Source: Marsupella aquatica
Taxonomy: Eukaryota; Plantae; Marchantiophyta
Length of the DNA stretch: 64,000 bases
NCBI GenBank assembly: GCA_973895155.1
Contig: OZ316894.1
Coordinates: 23,124,709-23,188,708, forward strand
Direction: 5' to 3'
Shown: positions 54,374 to 64,000 of the stretch, piece after piece
Numbering within the stretch: position 1 is the first letter of the stretch
Layout: each line of letters opens with the position of its first letter
Program-made: the position numbers and the translations under genes
Notes under the pieces: generated by a model
Database searches by the model: none
What the model was told of the DNA's origin: nothing
What the model saw: the letters and a program-made list of their open reading frames with translations, nothing else

Positions 54374-56571
54374 GGTTCTGTGGACAGAAGAAGGCGGGTA
54401 ATGAAGCTGTTAGATCAGATCTTCAGTATGCCAATGCAGGCCACGCCTTACACATTGTGTAATTCTGCGACGTCCATCAACACCCACATTCTCCAATGCG
54501 TCTACCGTACTATGGTAGGGGGCACAAGCTCTGCTTAGTGTTAATTAGTGAGATGAAGCGAAACAGGGAAGCCCTTCGGCCAAAGCAGGCTAAAGGAGCT
54601 ATTTTTTCGAGCTCTTTTTCAAGATGTTTGATCCAAAAGATGCAGAGAACGATGCCGATAGCATTCCGTAGACCGTATGATTGTAGGACTCGTTCAACCT
54701 TTCTTGTTCAGAGAGGAGGAAAATCATTCAACGTAATCGTCGGCCATTCATTCTATGTATGTCTGTGTACAGATTCTGAGGGTACGTTGGACCGGCAAGG
54801 GAGGACGTAACATGTCAAAAGGGCACTATGGACAGATTCTTCTGATCCCGACAGTGAATTTGATACAAAACGTCGATCCCATACTTTCAGGCCGCTACGA
54901 TTCATGAATCAGTACGAAGACTTAATTGTACACGAGACTGGTGAATCAAGAACCGACCTAAGTAACGGTTGGTGGACTCTAGCTCTAGACCTCAGAAGCT
55001 AAACTTAGAATTGAAGTCTGAGACAGCTCAAACCTTAGAATTGAAGTCAACGTGAACCGAGGAAATGATAAGCTATCTAGCTAGGAGTGCCTTTGCTAAT
55101 TAACACATACCACTACTGATGCCGGTTGTTGTGCGTTGGGACCACCGCTGGCAGGAGACACCCAATCCGTGGAGTACAGCTATGGTAACTAGTGCGAGAG
55201 GAAATGGAGCAGACCGTGAAGTGGTGAGTTCAAAAAACGTGAGGAACAATATATAGGAAGTGTGACTGTAGTTGGACAAGGATGTGAGTGGGGCGCGCGT
55301 GCAATCAGCTGATTGTCTAAAGCGCTAGATTGATCGAGACTCTAGATCAAGATCCAAAACTGTAGAGATAGAGTCCGATTGTACTGTTCCGACCTGATAA
55401 TACGTGGCTGTGCATGATCCGATAACCGCTGGCTGTGGACCCTCTGGAATCGCTATGCATAGATGGCCAGTGTAGGGGCCTCCGCCGCAGGGGACTGGTT
55501 GGCGGTGCATTTTGTTTTGAGAATGGGCGTGATCGATCGCGTGAGGATCCTTTGCAACTCAAAGGGTCTGCCCCGATATCTCTTACAACAGTAGTCTATT
55601 TCCTATCACGAATTAAATTATCGCAATGTGATCGAAAAGAGTTCAGAAATGAGATCAGAAATAATATGCTTCTGTTAGTCTTCATAGATTGGTCAAGAAA
55701 ACTTTTGCAGCATCACAGAACGAACGTTGAATTTAGTAAGTTGAGGAGCTATATTTAAGCTCGGTACAAGTTTGAAATTGAAGTAACATGCTGTACTGAT
55801 TAAATGATAGCTCGAAGGGATTGGTTTCTGTTCTCATAGTGGCCCGTCTGGATGAATGAAAGGTGATCAATCTGTTCTCAGCGGAGATCAGATCTATTGA
55901 GAGTTCGAGTTGGTTGTCGATCAGAATAATGGCTTTCTTCAATTTTCCTGAGACTCCAAATAACGGTTGAAGGGTCAATATATGTAGCCGATTTTCACAT
56001 TGGTACGTTTGTTTAAGTCACCTTAATACTCGGACAACTGAATCAGTATCATTTCTTTGCACGGTCAGACGCATTTCCTTGCACGGACACGGTGCAATTA
56101 ATGGCGCATCCCAAACGAACACAGTACTAAGTAACAGAAAACTAATTTTAAACCACGGCATGTTATCAATCCCAAGGAAAATACTACAGTTCAGCTAACT
56201 TTAGGGGTCTGGTCGATATGGAAGTTCGCACATAACAATAGCCCCATATCAAAGGTCGGCTTAGTTACGGCCGGTTGAATTGTCAGTTTGGACGACTTTT
56301 GTAAGGAACGAATTGGCACAAGTCTAGGTGGAGTGGAAGAATCTACAGTAGGTCTTCACACAGTTCGATGAGGTTAGATTCGGCTCGAGAAAAATATTAA
56401 TTTTTAAGATGGAACAGAAATCCGTTGAACTGATAACTGGCTTATTGGATGTAGAAATTGGTGGCGATTTGAACAAATTGTCACTCTCGCGCGTGCCCTA
56501 AAACAAAGAAATTGATCGTGCTGCACTAGAAATATTTAGAGTGACTGTTTTTCTTCAATCATGTCACATAA

Positions 56572-56641
56572 TTGGCTGGCATTCTTAGAATCTTGGTTGG
56601 CATTCTTGGTTGGCATTCTTGGTTGGCAATCTTGGTTGGCA
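56572..56641. repeat. 13-bp minisatellite (TTGGCATTCTTGG)
   Basis: About 4-5 imperfect copies. Confidence 0.8.
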
Positions 56642-59600
56642 AAGAAAGAATTAAGAATGAAGTAGACCCTGTTCCTGTCTCACTGCTTTATACATCATGG
56701 CTCTGGTTTAAATCGTGTTTTGTGCTCGTGTTTTGCGCTCAACAGGGAACAAACAAGTTGTCACTAGTGTATTAGTTTTAAATAAAAAAACAAATAAAAC
56801 TGATGATTTTCCTGCTTGAGGTTTTCAAAAACAAAATAACGGTATCAAGACTCATAATAGTCATGATCATATAATGGAAGCAGAGAACAACTGGGAGATG
56901 TTTTCAAACATTGGTTTGAACTTAAAGAGTGTTTTTACTTTGCATAATTGGTCAAATCAGGGGGTCAAATTTTGGGGTCTCGAAAGCTAAGTGGTCCATG
57001 TGAGAGGGTCTCGAAAGCTAAGTGATGTTCATTTTGTTTATAGACTAGGTCCAGAGGACTGCTGCCAACTCTCATCCTATGCATCGACCATGGAGAGATC
57101 CATTCATCCAAAGTGAGCCTGATGTTACATCCAATAGCTCCCCCCCCCCCCCCCCCCCTTGCTGTTATTAAGATATTTGGGAGACTCCCATATGCTTCTT
57201 CAACAGGCAGCTCAAGACATTCAAAGATGACCCGGTTCCATAGGATCACCACCACTATTTGGTTTGGCAGCACACATTTGTAAGAAAATTTCAATGACTT
57301 TACAGCAATTATGGCAAATCTCTTGTTATGGGTCTAGTGTGCCTCAGCAGAAGCTTGCGCGCCCTCCTCGCCACCCCCCCCCCCCCCCCCTTGGAGACTT
57401 AGTTACTGCACTATATATGTACCATAAGTTGGAGCGGTACCTTAAAAATTCTGGACCTCTTTCGCTTTTCCAGGATTGTGCTTTGTTTGGCCATTTTTTG
57501 TAAAATGAAAGGATCATAGTCACCATTGCCCAAATCTGAAACTATTGTACAGTTAGATGAGATGATTGACATCATGTTTCACCATGGCCCAAATCGAAAC
57601 TATTGTACAGTTAGATTCACATCATGTTTCTCTGCATTTCTATTGATAGTTTGACACGACAAAATATAATCGCAGACATTCCCCCGGGAACCTGAGCGTG
57701 CTTATCGAGAGATCCTACGGTGTCTCATTACTTGGAGTTCCCTGAATTGAAGACAAACAATCTGTGACCTTATTGCCTCAGTTTTCGTCAATCACATTCG
57801 ATTCGATTCGCACTTTCATGCCTGTGCGACGACCCCCCTTTCCAGGAAACAAACATCGTCAGTATGTCACGAGCAAGATCCTAATAGGCGAACAATCTGT
57901 ATCTCCAGAAAAAACAAACACACATCAAGACCATGTTCAACCCAGTTTCCATTTCGATTTATTCTTTCGATCTAGCAAACACTGGGACACGAAACTGAAA
58001 TAGAATGTGGTACAGTAGAAGCCTGAGGAAAGAGTAAATGTTCAGCAAGGTGAACAAAGAGAATGTGGTACAGTAGAAGCCCGAGAATGGAGAAAATGTT
58101 CATCCAGGCGAACAAATGAACAACTCTACAATACGAATAGACATTTGCAGTGTGCGTGTAGCGGGACATCTTTCCCTCAGCAGTTCGTTGGAACGATTGA
58201 TACTCTAGAAGACTCAATTCACGTCGAGATGGTCTCAAGTACTGACTGACAAACGAGAAGTGCCTAGCTAGTCCATCTCACCAGCAACAGCTCCGCACTT
58301 TGCATCATGCATTCCCTACTGAGACCCTGTCGGATCGAGGTCGTTTTCAACAGATCTTAAAATCTGGCACATCTAAAATAACCTTCTCGTTGAAAAGTTG
58401 TTTCTGAATCGTTATAAACTGTGCCACTCACCGGGTAAGTATCCTGAGCAAATGACGTAATTGCAAGATTACCTCGTTATTAGAAACCCCAAATTGTAGG
58501 GCTTGGCCCCCGGTGGTCCTCCACGGTTCTTTTCTGGATTTTTATGAGATTAGAACATTTCTAACCGAGGAAAAATGGCAAAAAAAGGATGTCCCTTCAC
58601 TACTGGAAAATCGCCTCTTTCTAAAGCCCAAATTTCACTTAATCTGAGGGGTGAGGATCCTCGAAGTAGAGAAGGCTTCTGTCTTCAAACTCTGTTGGCA
58701 AAACCTCAAAATTGACGACAAATTCGTTGTGGCATCGTTACTTACATTAGCTAAGTTCTGTTCAGTGCAGTTCCTTGGTTTGAGATGGACGGTAGAAATC
58801 GTTACCTGGTAGGAATGCAAACTCATTCGCACGAAAGTAGGGTAAGGGTGAGGTAGGTCTCTTGTCTTGAAGTGTCTGACGGCTGCCCGAGATTTGTTGT
58901 CTGAACGTCAATTGGTCGCTGGTTTGCCGCGAGACTGTATCCAAACATTTTGACTCACAGTCTGCGGACGATGCTCTGTCGATTATTCTTTTCGATATTT
59001 CTGTTTCGGGCAACTTTCTTCGGGGCAACTTATTATGTGAGATTGACGATCATCCCGGAAAGTAAACGCCATTGAATAGCCTTCGATGACATTCTTCTGA
59101 TGAATTGTTTTCGACTTGGGAAAAACAATTTCGAGGCATAAAGAATGGTTAGCTTGGACTTTGGATCGAGACAAAATTTTGTGAAGAAAGTGGACGAATC
59201 CATTGAACACCGAGTCCCGTTTTTCTCGCCGAAAGTGGCGTGAGTACCGAAAATGCAAGTGAGGAGTGCAGCAGGCATAAACAATTCTTTCCTGCACTCT
59301 TAAAATCGCCGGAAAATAGAATAGTACAACATTGATCAGCGGAGTGCGGGCCAAGATGTTAGGCAAGCATTTGGGACTCGCTCGAATTGTTGATCGAGCC
59401 CCACGTCTTCCGCTCATCTCCAAAATCCCTTCTTTGTGTCGACTGCAACCCGGCACTGAAGGTTGGCCGGTCGATTTATCCATCCGTACTGTAGGTCTAC
59501 AGTTGATAATGCCTTTGAAAAGTTGTCCCCGAAAATTCAGGATCCAGAATTTGAGCTTCATCAAGGTCTTGTTAGTCAACCCGCGGAAAATAGACTCACA

Positions 59601-60837
59601 GCTTAAGTCTTTAACAATTGACAAAATTGAGAAGAAGTGTAATAAAATATAACGCTTTTTATGCTGGCTGGACTGTCTTATTGCTCGTGAGTGTTATGCA
59701 CTGACAGTCGAGAGTCGGACAATGTCAACTTGTGCAACTGTAAAAGCAAAATCACCCCACCTGACAGGAAAAGGTCAACCTGAGAACCACTACTACAGTC
59801 CAACCTAAGCTCAGATGTGAGAGTAATCTTTCTTTCAGCCGGAGGGCCAATTTTCCAGAAGGCATGATTTGATCGGAGCTCGAGCTCGATCCCTCACTAG
59901 CTTGAGCCGTAGGTAGCATGCACGACAACAAATTGAATTTGGAGGCCTGATTGGTATATTATGGCGCGTTTCACACACCCCTACGTGCGGCCGACTGACA
60001 CATACTTTCCGAGAGTCTCGCTCACGGATTAATCACTTCCCGCTCGATCGATCACCAATCACGGAGCGGCTGAGACTGTTAGGTACGTATATGGTAGCCT
60101 ACTGGGCTCGCTTGTCGGGCGAGGAGGGGCGAGGAGGCAGCATAATGTTACCGAGTGCGGAGCTAGAGCTCCTGGCCTATCGATCCATGAGAGGGCCTTG
60201 GGACCCAGCTAGAGAGCGCCAAATGTGTTGCAACATTGGCATTTGGCACGTCCTAGAAGTCGCTCCGGCTGCCCGTATGTACGAGTTTCGTGAACGCACC
60301 GAGACAATCATGTCCTACCGCAAAGATTGAGATTGGGTTCAAGGCCGGTGCATCGATCAGTGAAAGCTGACTTATATGCCGCACTTGCCCTCCATTCACT
60401 CGATCTAGCAGAACAGACAAGTTACTAGGCCAATTTCCCAATAAAACACATGCTACTCTGTACTGGTCATAGCTACATAGCATCTGTCTAGTCTAGTTAT
60501 TGGCGTGGGAAATCGGAGCGCAAGGGAAGAGCCTGTACAGTACATCACGCACGACACTTTGCATACAGGATTCCGTGTTGAACGCCAGTGTTTAGCCGAC
60601 TTGCACGGTGACGGAGACAGTTAATTTCAAAACTCGGATGTATCACTGGATTGGTTAAGCTAAATGGTCTGGCTCAGATTGATTATGATGTAGACAAGAG
60701 CTGACTTTGGGCCCAGGCTTGATAAAGCTATGGGTTGGTGTAAACTTGTCAAAATGATTACTGTGATCGGATCGGACAAAGCCATAATTCCATCGAATGG
60801 TCAGAGCCCGTTCAAAACCAGGGCTACGGGGCCCGGG

Positions 60838-61140
60838 GCTCGATCAAGTTGGCCAACCGAATGAAACGATGTTGTGGACCGTGTCTAAACGCATCATTGC
60901 GGTGCATCTGATAAACCGAATGATCTACAGTAAGTAGGTGTCAAAATCATCATGAAGTCCTGCTTGTAGACGACCGGAGACCGTTTAAAACGCGGGTTGT
61001 GGGGTGGGGCTCAAGTTGGCCATGTTTTGGTCAGCCGAATGATTTAACGGAGATTGTGGATAGTGTCCAAACACTTGATTGGTGTGATTTTGATCAACCA
61101 AATGAAACGAGGCGGTCTCATATCATCATGAAGCTCTGTC
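60838..61140. repeat. Diverged tandem duplication (~170 bp)
   Basis: tcaagttggcca...ccgaatga...ttgtgga...gtgtc.aaac...atcatcatgaag occurs twice. Confidence 0.6.
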
Positions 61141-62848
61141 AAACTCTAGAAATAAAGATGTACCTGCAGCAGACACTGCCCAACAGTATGCGCCGGTTTA
61201 TATTACCAGATTAAGCTGATCAAATGATTCTAAGCTACTGTAGTCAGATTTCAAGATCATGTTGCGTTAGCAAATTCGATTTGTCGTCATAGCCATAGCT
61301 AAAGGTCCCCTAAGTAAAGTCTATTATCCTCGATAATCTGGAAGCAGAATTATAGAAGCCCGCCAGTCATGCTCCATCGAGTTATCAGCCGGGCACTACG
61401 AGTACCTCCAACTCCAAGACAGGAGCTAAGAGATTGAAGAACATGTCAGGAATTAATATATATGAAATTAATGAGAATGAAATGAGAAAATTCTTAACCA
61501 ACTGACTTTTGGTACGTCAAGTTTACGAAGGAGCCGCCCCGAGATTTTCGGTTAATGCCGTAGTTTCTTAGATTCATCATCTCTCAAACTGTGAGTTGAA
61601 CTCAAGTCATAATCACATGGAATAGCTTGTAAATTTCCTTCTACAGGAGTTGGTACTACATGGGATCGCTGAATGATGGCGAGGAGACTCTTGACCAGAC
61701 AGTTTCTCCACCAGAATACGTACTAACGTTGTACCTAAATAATTCTTTGACATTGATCTGATTCAGATCGGTCACAGATTCGGAACTGTACGTTGACCCC
61801 GGGTGTTGACCCTTCGATGAGTTTCTCAGATCGACAGTTTTTCTAGTCCTATGGTAGTTTTGCGAGCTTTGTTCCCACATGGACTGTTTATTAGCAACCC
61901 AGGCTCGACTCCAAAAATAGGCTTTTCTTTCCGGACCTTTTGGCGAAAGATTGCCGTACACCTAGCCAACGATTGGCGTTCGTATCGCCCTCTTATGATT
62001 TTCCGTGAACATAGGGAGGTGGTGATGTAGTACGTGGACAAGGCCGCCTACATGATCCACTTGCAATTCCCCCGATCTCCTGGTCGTCCGTAGCTATAGC
62101 GGTATGCCGGTTGACGGGTGATGAACGTACGTGGTATTGACCAGTAAATTCTTTACAATTTATATTTGTCATGCATTACAGTACAACTCGAAAACAACAT
62201 ACAGCGCGGGCAGCCCACAAAAGGTGGCGATCGCAGAATGACCGGACGTCGAAAAATTGTAAGTTCTGCCGAGTTATGATTAGCTTCAGACTAGTTGCAT
62301 TATCAGCTACAATATGGCTTTCGCTCGTTCCCTAGAGTTTCATACCGCATATTATGCCGAAATCGATGTAACTTTTGGACGTCAGTCTGGACACACATCA
62401 GAATGCTCAAGCGAACAAAACGGCGGAGGAACCGAAGTCAACAGTCGACAACCGCAATGCCTGGTGTTTTGGAACCGAGTTTGGAAGTCCAAATTTAATT
62501 ACATCGGGAAGCAGAACTGCAGAAGCTATGCACAAGAAGCAAGGCGACATCATTCTATATCAGTCTGTTCAGATTTGGGCACCTGAGGCTGTACATGTGC
62601 TCTAGCTAGGGGACCCACAAGCATTGTCTTGGAAATTGGATTAATTGCAACGCCAAATCGCCGATGTCTAGAGCTTGAAGTCCGGGAAAGTTTTGAAATC
62701 TAAGCACTGCTTATGATGGATATAAATACAACTGTTAACTTCCCCTCTCGCTCACTTCACTGTGTCGCTGGCTTGAAGCTTTCGATCCTTCACATTCCAG
62801 TGTTGCAGTTACGGAAGAGGAAGAGAAGTCGATTACCAGCTTCGAAAG

Positions 62849-63798
62849 ATGGCAGCTCAAAATTTGAGAAGTCCCCTCATTTTCCTCGGCACACTGGCAG
62901 TTGTGATACTCTGCATCGGTCCAGGATTGGTGAATGCCCAAGGCGTGTCTGCATGGGCCGTCAAAGACTGGACGAGCGGCGCCCACGCTACGTACTATGG
63001 TGGTCAGGATGCTTCTGGCACCATGGGTAAGTGATGTCAAACGCACCCTGAAATTTTTTTTAGTGTCTCAGCAGTTCGTGAACGTTGGGGGTGTGAAGTC
63101 GCATGTCTATGACCTTCATGGATTACACCTCATTAACGGTATGAATGCACTTGGCCTGACAGTTTGCTTATTCTTTTGTATTGGCAGGCGGCGCATGCGG
63201 TTACGGTAATCTTTATTCCCAGGGTTATGGAACTAAGAGCACAGCTCTAAGTAATGGCTTGTTCAACAATGGGCTTACCTGTGGTGCCTGCTTCGAGCTT
63301 CAATGTATTATCTCCGAGTCCCAGTGGTGCTATCCAGGCAGGACCATCACGGTGACTGCTACCAATGCGTGCCCTCCGGGTTCCACGGGAGGCTGGTGCG
63401 ATCCTCCCCGACTCCACTTCGACCTCGCATATCCCATGTTCACCACGCTGGCTCAAGCAATAGGAGGTGTCATTCCCGTCCAATACAGGAGAGTTTCATG
63501 CTCGAAACAAGGAGGAATCCGATTCCAAATTCAAGGGAACCCTTGGTGGCAACTCATTCTGGTGAGCAACGTTGGCGGCAGTGGAGACGTTCAGCAGCTT
63601 GACGTCAGGGGCACTGGAGGTTGGATCTCGACAACCCGGAACTGGGGCCAGAACTGGCAAGTCATCGGGAGTCAGCTCGTCGGCGAACCTCTCTCGTTCC
63701 GGCCCACTCTTGCTGATGGACAGAGCCTAACTTGTGACAACGTTGCTCCATCGAATTGGGGCTTCGGTCAAATCTACGAATGCGGTAGCAACTTTTGA
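62849..63798 (+). CDS. EXPA: Alpha-expansin (EXPA); 2 coding exons
   Basis: Exons 62849-63026 and 63188-63798. Signal peptide, [54 protein letters not shown]-like TATAAATA lies upstream at ~62721. Confidence 0.95.
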
Positions 63799-64000
63799 GG
63801 TGTTGCTAGATTAGTCTTTTGAGACTTTTCTTATCATATAAGCATGACGTTTATTATAGGATCATCAAAACGTAGCAACGACGAGTGTTATTTGTAGAGG
63901 AGGCGGGACACAAGACGCCCCAATTCGGCAAGGGAAGTAGTTTTGTTAAACTGTGAGGCGTGCTCACAACTGCCGCGCGCCCACCTTAATTAAGCAGGAG

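Noticed and set aside
57138-57390. Two long poly-C runs as functional G-quadruplex elements
   Set aside because: Simple homopolymers in repeat-like DNA; their length may be a sequencing artefact.

Overview
This is eukaryotic land-plant genomic DNA with spliced GT-AG genes; gene style suggests a non-seed plant such as a liverwort, which is inference only. Seven protein-coding genes could be reconstructed exon by exon. They are an RS/RD-rich SMAP-domain protein (RSRC2-like, minus strand), a plastid LL-diaminopimelate aminotransferase (DapL/AGD2), an intronless P-class PPR protein, a TBC1D15/GYP7-like Rab-GAP (16 exons), the LHC-like protein SEP2, and two divergently oriented alpha-expansins. 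Intergenic DNA is rich in local duplications and transposon remnants, including a Tourist-like MITE with TIRs and TSD, a candidate Helitron, a probable LINE 3' fragment and many tandem repeats. The most notable unexplained structure is a ~1 kb fold-back at 25454-26515, made of two tail-to-tail decayed copies of what looks like a small secreted-protein gene. A third copy lies at 19648-20370, so the locus is a candidate hairpin-siRNA or nascent miRNA source. No tRNA, rRNA, CRISPR array or intact transposase was recognised. All alignments were done by eye, and repeat boundaries are approximate.
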